64,000 nt of DNA. Source: Ginglymostoma cirratum. Lineage: Eukaryota. Each line of letters starts with the position of its first letter. The stretch's first letter is position 1. Of this stretch, positions 51,238 through 63,797 are shown piece by piece. The notes below the pieces were generated by a model. It saw only the letters and a list, made by a program, of their open reading frames with translations. It did no database searches and was not told where the DNA came from. The stretch is taken from NCBI GenBank assembly GCA_024137785.1, contig JAHRHZ010000062.1:27266244-27330243 (forward strand). Direction: 5' to 3'. Made by a program: the position numbers and the translations under genes.

Positions 51238-51321
51238 TGTTCTGAAGAAGGGTCCCGACCCGAAACATCAACTTGCTTGCTCCTCTGATGCTGTGTTCCT
51301 GCAGCTTCTACACTGTTGTCT
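51238..51321 (+). mobile_element. Penelope-tail fragment with hammerhead-like core
   Basis: ctgaagaagggtcccgacccgaaacatc at 51242-51269. A 45-nt piece of the same family lies at 51596-51640 (-). Confidence 0.75.
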
Positions 51322-52727
51322 TAACTAGGGTCCTGTTTTTCAGTCAAACAGGCAGCATCACACATAATGTTCTCGGAGTTTAACATCTGGCATTGGCCCT
51401 GCTGGGCAATTTGGTTAACAATATTTTGCTGGGTTCTTAGACTCATCTTGGTGTGGATTAGGCATAAAAGCAGGCTGCATCCTGGCATTCTTTTTCTAGC
51501 TGCAAGGCTTAAAGAAGGCACTACAGTGAGGGGAGCTCTTCGGTCTGCCAGACCAAGGGCTTCTATTTAAGTCACAATGTCAATAATCTGAATTCCTGAT
51601 AACAAGGTGTGGAGCTGGATGAACACAGCAGGCCAAGCTGGCTCCTTCAATGAAGTGATAGTTAATCAAGCATCTTTGTTGTGATGACATATAGCTACAG
51701 GAGGTTTGGAACAAGCTAAAGATTGAAAAGACATAAATCTTCCAAATTGAAAATTGAAATATTTCCAATTTGTTTTAAAAGAACAGACTATTTTGCTTAT
51801 GGTAATCCAACTTGGTGAAGCATGGTGGTTTTGACAAGTTAGCACAAACCTTAACTTTTGTTTTTCACTTTCTGCCCATCCTTTTTTTGTTTGTTTCTTC
51901 TGTTTGTTCTCCATCCTTGCCCTCATTCCTCTGATCAAGATTTTATTCACAACTTCTTTCTTTCCTTCATATACCCTTATACAATTTTTCTACATTATGT
52001 TTTTAAGAATACCTTTTTTAGTTTGATTTTCCATTTTCTTTCACTTATTATTACTTTTTTTAACCCTCTGACTCTTTACTGCCTGCCTTTCTAAAAAAAA
52101 GTCTATATAATGCAATGGCGTAATTCATGGAACAGAAATAAATGTGCGCCACTGCTGCATGACATGTTGCCGTTAAGAATGCATTTTTTTTTACGGTTTC
52201 AATAGCAAGCTTACACTTTTGAAAAGGTAAAACATTCCATAGTTATGATTCTTTTTACGCGAGATCCCTAATTCACTCATTGCATCATTGGCAAATTGTA
52301 TTTAACAGAAGAAAAATCCACTTCAAAAAGCAAAGGGAAAAGTGAGGACAGCAATCTTGAAATTGATTCTCTGGGGTGTAAGATGGTTTGCAATGCTGGG
52401 TGTGTGGGACAGAGGCTATGAGTGAAGACATGAGCTGCAATGTTCTGGGTGATTCAAAGCTATGGAAGCTAAAAATGGAAAGATTGGCATAGCAGGCAGG
52501 TAAAATCAAGTTTTAAGATAACAAAGGCACGGATTAAGACTTCAATGGCAGAAGGAAATAGATAGGGCAGGTGTGCCTAAAAATTTCAGAAGTGAAACTA
52601 AATGGTTACTGATTGGAAATTGGGAGGTTCATCAGTTGGACTTAAGTTTATTCGACTCTAGGCTGAAGCTGTGGTAACTGTTGGCAAGTTAAAGGAATTA
52701 GGATTGGCTTAATAGCGCCACCACTGA

Positions 52728-52830
52728 AACTCTTGTGGTGCAGTAATAGTGTCCTTATCTATGAATCAGGAGGTCCAATTTCAAATCCAATGTAATAACA
52801 TCTCTGGGTAGATTGATTAGAAAATATCTG
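52728..52830 (+). mobile_element. Very short tRNA-derived SINE with 13-bp TSD
   Basis: A-box-like tggtgcagtaatag and B-box-like atttcaaatcc. TSD gcgcca(c/t)(c/a)ctga-type repeat at 52715-52727 and 52831-52843, one mismatch. Confidence 0.7.
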
Positions 52831-53036
52831 GCGCCACTACTGACTCAGCTGGCCAAGTCCTCAAGGACAGGGCTGTGAAACTGGGTGTAAAGCAGTTGGT
52901 GAGATAAGCAACATAAAAAAAAAGGACCTCATCCTCACCAATCTATTTGCAACAGGGGTTATGCATTTAATGAGATGGAGGGGGAGTGGTAAAAATAGTT
53001 TCAGTTTTTATGTCATTAAGCTGGAGGAAATGTTAA

Positions 53037-53133
53037 GAACAAGAACAGAAAATGCTGGAAGAGCTCAGCATGTCTGGCAGCATCTGTGGAGAAAAATCAG
53101 AGTTAACGTTTTGTATTGAGTGACTCTTCGTCA
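53037..53133 (-). mobile_element. Penelope-tail short element with 14-bp TSD
   Basis: TSD ggaggaaatgttaa at 53023-53036 and 53134-53147. The reverse strand reads ctgacgaagagtcact...aaacgttaac. Confidence 0.8.
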
Positions 53134-56100
53134 GGAGGAAATGTTAACTTTATCAACACATAGAAACCAAAGCAGCTCAAAGGAATAACTTAGCCCATCA
53201 GCCCCTTGCCTAATTTTGCACTCATTAATTTTAATAGAGTGTTAAATATGGGAGGGTAGAGAGGTTGTTTATATCAAAAAAGACCTGACCTGAGTCAATC
53301 TGTTTTCTACCAGGCATATTAGGTTAAAATTACCCTCCACCACATCACTGCCTGAAGCAAATGAGCCTCTTTGTTTATTCTGTGCTGAGGATGTGGTAAA
53401 GCCATCAAAAGCTTTTCCCATATTGAAGGCACTGAATTGCACTGCTGTGCGGCTAGGACAAATTAATAGGTCAATGGCATGGAAGTACATCTCCAGCCAC
53501 TAAATGCAGAGATAAATGTAGAAATGGGAATGCTGGAATTTTGTAACAAGGGAGTAAATGCTGGAAATTAACAATAAGCCAAATAGCAACTAGGGATGGA
53601 TTGGTTAACATTTAGACTATTTATTGTATTTTAATCAAGCATCTAAATAGTAAATTTTCTGCCTCTTGACCGACCGCTGTGCATTTCCAGTGACTATGAC
53701 AAGGAGCCCTAAAGAGTGTGGCAATACAGTTTCAAGAATCTAGGCACTATATATATATCTTAAATAAAGGTAATGGATCAGGAACAAGTGGTAAGACACT
53801 CTTTGCAACAATCTATTATGTGCCTTGAAAATGCAGGGGCAATGGTGTTGCATGATGAGAGCAGAAGTATGGAAACCTGCTAGAACATGCTGGTGTTCTA
53901 CAAACAAATTAAATGGAAATTGTTCCTCACACAAGCATTCTTAATCCAAACAAACAAATTTGAAAAAGATTGCTACAGCATGTCCATTGACTCCATGCCA
54001 AGGACTAACAGAGTAGAAGGTGAATTCAAAGCAAACTAACAATATTGTATAGTAATTATTGGAACAGAGAAGGCAATAAATTTTGCCAGTGGTTTGCTTG
54101 ATAAGTGTACTGATCATTACAGAAGCCAAACCATACAAACCTGTCCTCAATTTGTGCTAAAACAGTTGACATCAGCCAAACTGAGTGAAAACAATGGAGC
54201 TGCCTCAATGATTGAATGTTCTAATCATGTTCCTACTTTTGTAAAACAGCAATAGGAGTGCTTCAAATGGCCTGTGCTATGGAACTAAGAAGAAACTCAA
54301 CAAGAATTCCTACTCTTTATTGTGATTCAATGACCCCATACCCAAAAAGGGTGTGTGAGACGATTTTGGATGAGTGTAGTTTTGGGGTGACAGCAATGCT
54401 GTCTACGACATAATAGCTTGCCTGCAGTCATAGCCAAAGCTTGCAGAGTGAAGATTAGATGAGTTCCCAACAGACATGCAGAACACTTGGAACTATACAC
54501 CAGCATCTTTAGGAGCAGGGAGAAGAAAATCCAGGCCAATAAAAGAGCCAAAATAAACTTTTTCTTTTGAAGCATTCTTCTATACTTGAAAGTTGAAAGA
54601 TAGTCATGATCCAACACGATCATGTGGAAAACATGGGTGCCTCTCTGTATTGACTGCCTCGAGTTTATGAAGTGTACAGACTAGAAGTTCCTTTTGTTTG
54701 CCCTTCCCTGACAGTACAATGTATTCTATCATCTGGTGCAAAATCGCTTGAACACAAACCACAATTTTTCTTAATTGAATTTGCTCCAGGTAACCACCGT
54801 AACAATTTGTTTTACAATGAACCTTTTTAAATAGAAATAAAAATAACACATTTGAGCAGCTGAGGGAAAAATTCCAGCCTCAGGTGAGTTCTGAAACACA
54901 AAAGGGTGTGGCACGCAACAGTTCACCATGAAAGACAAGGCCAACAACTACAGATATCCGGCAGCTTCTAAGTGCAGTAACACCACAGCTGTAAAGCATT
55001 GCTGGAGGGGATTTTCAGATTGAGATTTTAATGAGTTGGACATGGAAAAAAAAAATCAGTACACGTAAAACTAACTTCCCCCTTTTCTTCCCTAAATGCC
55101 ACCACTCACCCCATATCACATCATTGCTGGTCTAGTTTGTTCTTAAAAAAAACTCAAATTAACAAAGCTGACTGATAATTTTGTATTGTTGTTTTATCAC
55201 TTAAATTGTCCTAAGAGAAAAGCTAATCTTCTAAAGTGCCGTACCACAAGACACCAAGGCGAGGTAGTACTAGGAAATGCAGCGGAACAGGGCTTTGAAA
55301 GCAGCCAGGAGAGAGATATTTATGAAGCATGTATGTTCTCACAGTGGTGCATCATGGATTGATGAGATACAGATTTGTCTGTGTGTGTATTTGATTCATT
55401 GAGTCATGAGACATGGAGCTTGATTGAAAATGCATGTGTGAGAAAGGCGGTGTCCAACATGCAGAGGCTTTTACTTTTCCCATTGGCCTTGCTCTTTAAA
55501 ATATTGAATTCCATTTTTCGGAGTTACAGGCCTGAATATTTCACTTTATTGCATGTCCACTTATCAATAAAAAATAACAATAGTAACTGGTAATTGAACT
55601 TGATGCAAACTGAATGAAGTATGAAACAGTTCAGTATGCCAGAAATATTCTTCTGAATCGTAAACTTTACCAAAATGCTGTAATAACCATTGTCCTTTTT
55701 AATTGATCAACCATCTTTGTTATTACTTTCCCTACATTTTTAAGCTGGGGAAGCAAACTAGTTCTTCTTTTCTGATATCAATAGTTTATGATTTGGCAAG
55801 ACCTTTTTCCCAGTGAGACTGAGTAATAGTATTGAAATTCCCTCATTATTTGACAATATTCTTCCATAACACATTGTTTTAAAGTAATGACACCTTACTA
55901 TTTGAATTTAAACTGACCAATTTGGTAATTTCCAACAGCTTCATGACAAAAATTATACTCATGACACATAAATGCAATAAAAGTCCACAGCACTTCACAC
56001 GAGTATTATAAAGCAAAGTTTGACACCAAAGTACAAAAGCAAATATCAGGGAAGATATTTCTAAGAATGCTTCTTTCATAATTGAATAATTTTAAAGTGG

Positions 56101-57638
56101 AATAAGCATAGTAATCATACTTAGATATCACCTGACCCATACTCCAGTTACTATTACATTTGTGATTGAGTAGAGAAGGTGGTACAGTCCTGAAAACACC
56201 CTTACTAACATTGTCAGTCATACGAACATCAGAAGACACATGAACAAAGTCATTCATTTTTGTCAATTTAGTCTTTCTGAAATGATTCATTAAAAAAAAC
56301 TGGCAAGCTCATCCTGTACAAGTCTGTTGGAGACTAAGATTTTGATTTAGTCTTTTTTTCCAAAAATCCAAGTCTTTGAAGATGTATCTGTATCATCTTT
56401 GATGTGTCAATGAAGTTCCACCAAATGTCAAACTTAAATGGTCACTTCCAACACGGAAGCACAACTAAATGGATTATTAGGTTGTTAGTCTCAGCCCTGT
56501 GTAAGAATTATCTTAGAATCAACTTAGTGTTCCCCTTTATTGCCAGCTTTGACCCTTCATCAGCTTTGTCCCCATGATGTTTGACTTTTTTCTATCAAAG
56601 TTTGCTTTTGGATCAGTGGAGGTTTGTTCATAGTTGGTTTGTTTTGATGTTTCCTTTCAGTTGCGAACTTCAATCAATGACATTACCTATCACTATCATT
56701 TCAAACTTGCATTTCTAATTTGTATACTTTTCTTGTTGCACATTAATTAGAAAACCGTTTGGAAAGGAGGATATAGCATGTTTTCTTCCCTACAGGATCT
56801 TTAACTCTTATTAGTCATTGAAAGCTTGTTGTGGTTTGCCGCTTTCACAAGGAAATGCAGCACCAGAAACCAATGAATTACATGACAAAAATGCTATTCT
56901 TCACCTAAGTATGCAATGTGCCTTTACACAAGGAACATGGGTCGTTCATTTTTGATGTGCTCATGGATAAGTCTGCTCCCTGGCTTGAAGAGCTCCCTTG
57001 AAAGGAGCAGGCAGAACTTCTGCAGAACAACAGAACCAACTGTGCTAGCAGCTTGACAAATTTATACTTGCTTCCTTTACCTCTGCAATAAAATGGTATT
57101 GTGTTGGTTTGAGGACCTATTGTTAATCCATTTTTATCTTGCAAATGACTGTCAAAAAATCGTACTAACTACAAAATATATCTTTTTTAAAAAAAAATTA
57201 GTGTTTATGAATTTAAAAGTTTGATTGGCATATATTTATTCTGATATGCCAGAATTGACAATCACCTTGTACATTGTTAATAGTTTAGGTTGAGGTTGAT
57301 TGACACAATTTAGGGCTGTTTATGAGACTTGCTTCAGTAACTTAGACTATTTTGTATGAATTAAAGCGCACTGGCAAGAGCCTTGTGAGGCAACTAATTT
57401 ATGTGTGTGTAAATCTTTTTTTCTCTTTAGTGTGAAAAGAACAGACCCTTTCTAATTTGTTCTCTTTTTTCATCAGTTTGCCTACAAGCCATCTGTGAAC
57501 AAAAGTTTCAAATCTACACGGCATGTTTCTGCCCAGCTGAGGCTTTTGTTCGGGCAGATGTTTGGGCTCAGTGGTGGAAAAGCAGCGGTAAAGGTTCTGT
57601 TGGCACATGTTTGCTGCTATTCTTCGCTTATTGTCTGA

Positions 57639-57794
<156 letters not shown>

Positions 57795-58209
57795 TGAATG
57801 CCAGTCCGATCACTTGAGATATTTTTTTCCCCTCTATCTACAATGAAGCATACTTAACACTTTAAGTCCTGAATAAACAGCAACATGGAAAAATATTGTA
57901 TCAAATATTTTACAACAAAATAACAGCTCCTAATGCAAGGTTTTGCACTGTGGCTCAGTGCATTGCAGCTCCTTACATTTTATGTCTGCTGCTTGTCTCC
58001 TAAATGCTAATTGATTGCATGGGGTGGACCCTGACTGTAAATTCCAAAGCACAAGTTATGTGCCGAGTTTATAACGTGCAGTGTCACTGGGTCTACAAAA
58101 CTAGGGCGTTAGGATACGATGATCCTTATGGTAATATTGAAGTCCCAGAGTTAACTTTTTGTCTGTGTATAGCTTTGTACAGCTGTGCATGCATTTATAT
58201 CCAATGCAC

Positions 58210-58500
58210 TATTGAGAGAGTGCTGCATGGTCAGAGGTGCTGTTTTTCAAATGAGATGATAAACCAAGCTCTGCGAAATTCCTTCCCATTGTCCTTGACA
58301 ACATTTATTCTTTTGAACTGACCTCACCAAAGCTGGTTATTTGCTAATTAATCTGTTTGTGGGACCTTTTGAGTGCAAAATGGCTATGTTTCCATACAAA
58401 ACAATAGTGACTTCACTTGAAAATTACATCATTGACGGTGAAGTGCTATGCAATGTCCTGAGGATATGAAGGGTATTATATAAAAGCAAGCTATTTTTGT
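58210..58500 (+). mobile_element. Deu-domain SINE (SacSINE1-like)
   Basis: gtgctgcatggtcagaggtgctgtttttcaaatgagatgataaacc...tgtttgtgggacc...tgtcctgaggatatgaagg...atataaaagcaag. Confidence 0.7.
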
Positions 58501-58844
58501 TGTTATGTGTGTGTCTGTGAGTGTATACTTGCCTAGCCTTTATTAGGGTGTGATCTTTCTCAGTTTACACTGCCAGTGGGAAGCCTTTCCCATAAGTTAC
58601 ACAACCGCAGGAAATTGTGGGCGCTCTGATTAACGCTCCACAACTGGATTAAACATAGATAGTGACAATACTAAAACAGCACATTTCTCCTGTTCCTCAA
58701 AGGCTCATAGTCCTCTACTTCACTCATATATATTGTTGTGACTGTGTTGCAGAAATGCCATCGTCATGATTTTCCTTCCAAATCTAACACAATGGGCCAG
58801 TTTTCAAGACTAAGCTTAAACTGAGTGTTTGCAACCCAACAGGT

Positions 58845-59060
58845 ACACGTATGATGTACACTCTCACACACGTGCACCCACCGACTCCTTCATTCTCTCT
58901 CTCACACATTCAAAATCCCTCCAACATTTGCACTCCATGCATGCACTCACAGATCCTTCTGCCTCATTCTTTCTTAGACATCTGTGTCTCTCTCGCTCAC
59001 ATCACATGCACACGCCGCACATGTATACATATGCGCGCACACACTCACACATGTATACAG
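58845..59060. repeat. Degenerate (CA)/(CT)-rich low-complexity tract
   Basis: cacac/ctctc/catgca-rich sequence. Confidence 0.7.
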
Positions 59061-59479
59061 TCATTCCAGAAGTTATTACTGGATACCAATGACAATCAAG
59101 AACTGTGATTGGTATTTTTCTTCTGTAGCCCTGGATCCCCAGACAGTTGAGATGTAGCAGCCTTGGTGAGATCAACTGACAGAGAAGCAGTTGCTTTGAA
59201 TCTGCATTTGGAGCTATTATTTTATTGTACAATATAATAACCAGATCTATGCAGAGGGATGCGTAGACCACCTTATTCCAACAGGTGCAGGTAATGACAA
59301 CCTGAAAGTATATGTGTCATCTGCTGAAACCAGCAGTTGGAAACTATTTGTACGTGGCACCTCCTAACTTGTATAGCTCGAGCTAAACAATGCAACCCAA
59401 TGAGTCATTAGGAGCTTCAACTTGTATTTTTTTAACCTCACTTATCTGTAGAGTCTGTGGCCATTTTAATATTGCTGCA

Positions 59480-59617
59480 ATCCCCTTCCCCACCCCCATT
59501 TCTGAAGAAGGGTCCAGACCCGAAACATCAGCTTTCCCGCTCCTTGGCCTGCTGTGTTCACCCAGCTCCAGACCTTGTTATCTCAGATTCTCCAGCATCA
59601 GCAGTTCCTACTATCTC
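59480..59617 (+). mobile_element. Penelope-tail element with hammerhead-like core and 14-bp TSD
   Basis: ctgaagaagggtccagacccgaaacatc. TSD ttaatattg(c/a)tgca at 59466-59479 and 59618-59631. Confidence 0.85.
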
Positions 59618-59850
59618 TTAATATTGATGCAGTTTTAATTGGGATCTTAGGAGAAGTTTATCCTTGAACCTGCAGTCTAACATTTCACTGGTTAATTTCT
59701 GGCCTCCTATTTGATAGGGCTCAATGGCCTTGATAAGCTGAATGTTTAATTCTGACGATGTGGCGGGGGGCAGAACTGACCCAGGTGTAAACAATTGAAG
59801 CAGGCTCACAGATGCTGTTCTAGAATTTGAATTATAAACAGCCGATAGAA

Positions 59851-60058
59851 AAGAGATAATAGGTACTGCAGATGCTGGAGAATCCGAGATAACAAGGTGT
59901 GGGGCTGGATGAACACAGCAGGCCAAGCAGCATCATGGGAGCAGGAAAGCTTGACGTTTCGGGCCTAGACCCTTCATCAGAAATGGGGGAGGGGAAGAGG
60001 GTTATGAAATAAATAGGGAGAGAGAGGGAGGCGGATAGAAGATGGATAGGTGGAGAGG
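59851..60058 (-). mobile_element. Young Penelope-tail element with intact hammerhead-like core
   Basis: The reverse complement of 59953-59980 is ctgatgaagggtctaggcccgaaacgtc, identical to 47285-47312. Confidence 0.9.
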
Positions 60059-61420
60059 AGCTCCTTTTGTGCAGTATTTATGCTCTGAGTCACCGTATTC
60101 CTAAGAGAGGCTGTTACATAGCAAACTCTCCTGATAACAAGTGAAGAGTCTACAGGTCCTATTGTCATGCTTGTTAATCAGATTTGTCTCTGAGATTTTT
60201 TTGCCACAATATTACAAGGAGAGAAAGGAGGAGTGTATTCACTGGCTCTCTTGTCTACCATTGTTAATTAAAAGCTTTAACCTCACATTTAGCCTTTGGG
60301 TACTAAACTGTTAATGTGGGAGTAAGAAGACTGAATACTGCCTATTTTCAACAAGGCTGATAACGGCAGATAATGTTTAAGCATTAAAACTTTAAACGGC
60401 TAGAATTGTTACCAAACAAAGCAAATACTTTATGAAAAATGTGACATGTAACTTTTTTCCAGATACAGTAGTGTAATTTGTCCTTCACTGCTTATCGCTT
60501 AGAGCTTTAATGAGCCTTGGCAAGTCCTAACAATGCATGCAGCTGCAATACAAGCACCAACGGTTCCACCATCAGATTGGAATTCATGTACAGTATTTGA
60601 AAAGAGAAAGAAATAAATCGGGGCGGGGGGGTGCGGATAAAAAAGAATGAAAGAGGAATGAACAGATGCTGGTTAAAGAGTTGTCTTCTTAACTGTAAAC
60701 AAAGTATATTTTGGATAATGACCTTTTGTGGTAATGTCGGGTGCTGGTCCAAAGCAGTACTGAAGCATTTCTCAACATGCCTCAGGGACAAAATAATGGT
60801 AGAGCGAAGGCCAAAGAATTCTATTTTTAGTGGAATAGCAGAACAGATGCAGTCATGAATAGTCATATATTTGAAGGAAGGACGAGAGGCTTTAAACATT
60901 AATTTAGATAATGTATTTATTTAACCCTGGGAACAATTCCGAAACTATAATTCTGAGGGCATCACATGTATTTGACCTTTCAAATGAAGGAGAAACAACT
61001 GACGAGAATTTTACGGTATTGTACTTATGGCAGATTTTAGTGTTTCCTCATTTGTTCAAAAAGTTACAGATGTGCCCAAATGCAAATCACTTTTCAGAAT
61101 CTTATTCTGCCATTTCCTGATTCAGCAACAGCCGTGAACAGTTAGTGGTGTTCCAGTAGGAGACTTTTTTTTTGCTGCATTAGTTTAGTGTAGTCATCAA
61201 CAGCTGACAGCCCAGAGCAACAGAGGCCAGTCAATGAATCCTAATGGGAAGCAGCAGCAACAAACAACGGCAACGTTGCTTGATTGGCTAGTTCAAGGTC
61301 AAGTGTGTAGATCCTGCTCCATATGTGTGAACAAAGGGAAAACCTGCAAAAGTGAAGGCAAACTAATTAATTTAAATCCCAAGACCTTGCGGATCATTTA
61401 TTAAAGAGACTGATATGCAG

Positions 61421-61594
61421 TTAACAAGCGTGGGGCTGGATGAACACAGCAGGCCAAGCAGCATCATAGGAGCAGGAAAACTTGACGTTTCGGGCCTAGA
61501 CCCTTCATCAGAAATGGGGGAGGGGAAGAGGGTTCTGAAATAAATAGGGAGAGAGGGGGAGGTGGATAGAGGATGGATAGAGGAGAGGATAGGT
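61421..61594 (-). mobile_element. Young Penelope-tail element with intact hammerhead-like core
   Basis: Nearly identical to 59890-60058. Core at 61484-61511. Confidence 0.9.
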
Positions 61595-61754
61595 TCTCTC
61601 CCAGACAGTTACCTTTAATGATTTGGCACAGCAAGATCAATGCGTGAGCCTGAAAATGGCCTGTTTTCAAACTTGAGGTCGGGATGTGGGATTACCTTAA
61701 ACTGGTCCCACTGAGGCAGGCAACATGTACACTTCCTGCTGCCACCTTGTTTGT

Positions 61755-62084
61755 GTGAGAGGCATAGATAGAGTGGATAACCAGAGACTTTTTCCCAGGG
61801 CAGAAATGATTATGATGAGGGGGTGTAATTTTAAGTTGATTGGAGGAAGGTATTGGGGAGATGTCAGAGGTAGGTTCTTTACACAGAGAATAGTGGGTGC
61901 GTGGAATGCGGTGCCAGCGGTGGAAATGGAGTCAGATACATTAGGGACATTTAAGCGACTCTTGGATAGGCACATGGATGATAGTAAAATGTAGGGTATG
62001 CAGGGTAGTTTGATCTTAGGGTAGGAGAATAGGTTGGCACAACATCGTAGGCCAAAGGGCCAGTACTGTTCTATGTTCAATGTT
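61755..62084 (+). mobile_element. CR1/HER-type LINE 3' end
   Basis: RGIDRVDNQRLFPRAE...FFTQRIVGAWNAVP...FKRLLDRHMD*, with tail ctgttctatgttc. Confidence 0.92.
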
Positions 62085-62099
62085 TGGTTTGAATTCAGC

Positions 62100-63570
62100 T
62101 AGCAAAGAACACCCCAGCTTACTGGCTGCCCACGTTGAGACATGCAGCAACGTGCGCTTGTTTCAGTGCCTTAAAAGGTAGCCTGCACCTCTTAAGCGGG
62201 AGTGACACTGATTAACAAAGCTGCTGCATAGTATCTATAAAAGACTTGAATAGAAGCAAAAGCTTAGAAAATGGACAACAGGGAAGAGAGAAAGCTCCAG
62301 ATTTTTTGATGCAGGCTGTAGGCCTTGCTAACAAGGTGATGCGAGCAGGTGACCATGGAGGCAAATTGTCAGAGTCTGGCCCCAAAGAACTGACAGCATG
62401 CCTGAAGAAGTTCAGTTTTCTTGCGGCCAAGTGAGTGCATGTTCAAAGGACATTCCCTGCAGATTGTACCAATAACCTGTCATGCTGCTGAATGTACAAC
62501 TGTGCCATCATTCATCCAACAGCAATCTCAAACTGTAAGGAGCCGTATATGGCATCAGGACTTTCAATAACCACCTCATCCACCTACCAATGCTGAAAGC
62601 CTCTTGCTGCTTCCACCTACCTCCTGGCAAACACATCATCCAAACATAATTTTTGCAAGGCAAGATGTAACACAGTGGAAAGGAGCAGCTGAGAACCAGT
62701 GAGTGTTACCAAACCTCCTCAGCCCCATGGATAAGCATCCTTCTCTGCACGATACAGGCAGTTGTTAGAAAGTTTGTAGTTTCAGGTATCACTGAGGACA
62801 TTCAGAATGACATTATGTTCTTGTCTTCCGTGTATTCCCAACTTGCAACTCACTTTCATCCTGCTACCTAGCTTGATGGCAGACGGAGTGACCCTAGATC
62901 ATTACTTTCTACCTTACGCCAATAACCAACATATCACCAACACCTCTTTTCTCAAAACCCAACTGCCACCTGAACACCTCATGCAGCATTAACAGAAAGG
63001 GCAATAACTATTCCTGATACCTAGTGAAGCAAAACAATCATTTGATCTGACATTCACACCTATCAATTCAAATATCAGCAGTATGTGCGCTTTGGAGGGT
63101 TGTATAGCATTGGGATCTGCACATGGTGAGTCACTAGGCATGAGTAGGCTACAATCAGCGCAGGGGGAAAGTATAAGCTGGTACAACAATAACTAATTGC
63201 ACATGTGTTGAGCTACAGGCTCCCAGCGATCATCCAGTGGCCTTCATAAACTGAAAGGGCATCATTGCCTCAATGTGTGACTGGTGAGTGACCATGCAGG
63301 TGTGTGCATTCTTCCCAATAACGTTTGTGATTCGCCCATCCTCAATCACTATTAGGTGCCACAACCGTTTGCTCCCCCTCAACAACCGCAGGAGTGGCTC
63401 CTGAGTAACAGAGACTTTTCTTTGAAGCTCTGCCTCATTTCATCTGTTTGGAACCTTCAAAACCCAGCAGAGGAGAAATACAGTACCTTCCCCCTCCTTC
63501 AACAAGGGCTAGAACAGACCTCTAGGCTGTTAAAGACTGTTGAGCTGCATGAAGCACTCAGGTGGAGTAC
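62100..63570 (+). mobile_element. Decayed Harbinger element: Myb/SANT remnant (about 62340-62436) and transposase remnant (63195-63295)
   Basis: EQVTMEANCQSLAPKN*Q/CLKKF followed by gtgagt. NCTCVELQAPSDHPVAFIN*KG/..LNV*LVSDH matches IDCTHV...F.NRKG.HS.NVQLVCD. Boundaries are approximate. Confidence 0.75.
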
Positions 63571-63573
63571 ATT

Positions 63574-63797
63574 GGAACTTAGGAACAGGAACAAGCCATT
63601 CAATGTGATCATGGCTGATCTGTGGCCTGACTCCATATTCCTGCCATTGGCCCATATTAAATACTTTTGCTTAACAAAAATTTATCAATCTCAGATTTAA
63701 ACTTAACAATTAATCTTTCACCAACTGCCATTTAGAAGAGAATTCCAAACTTTTGTCACTCTTTGTGTGTAGAAGTGCTTCCTAATATCCTCCTGAA
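63574..63797 (-). mobile_element. CR1 LINE 3' end
   Basis: aggaacaggaacaagccattcaatgtgatcatggctgatctg...agagaattccaaac. Confidence 0.8.
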
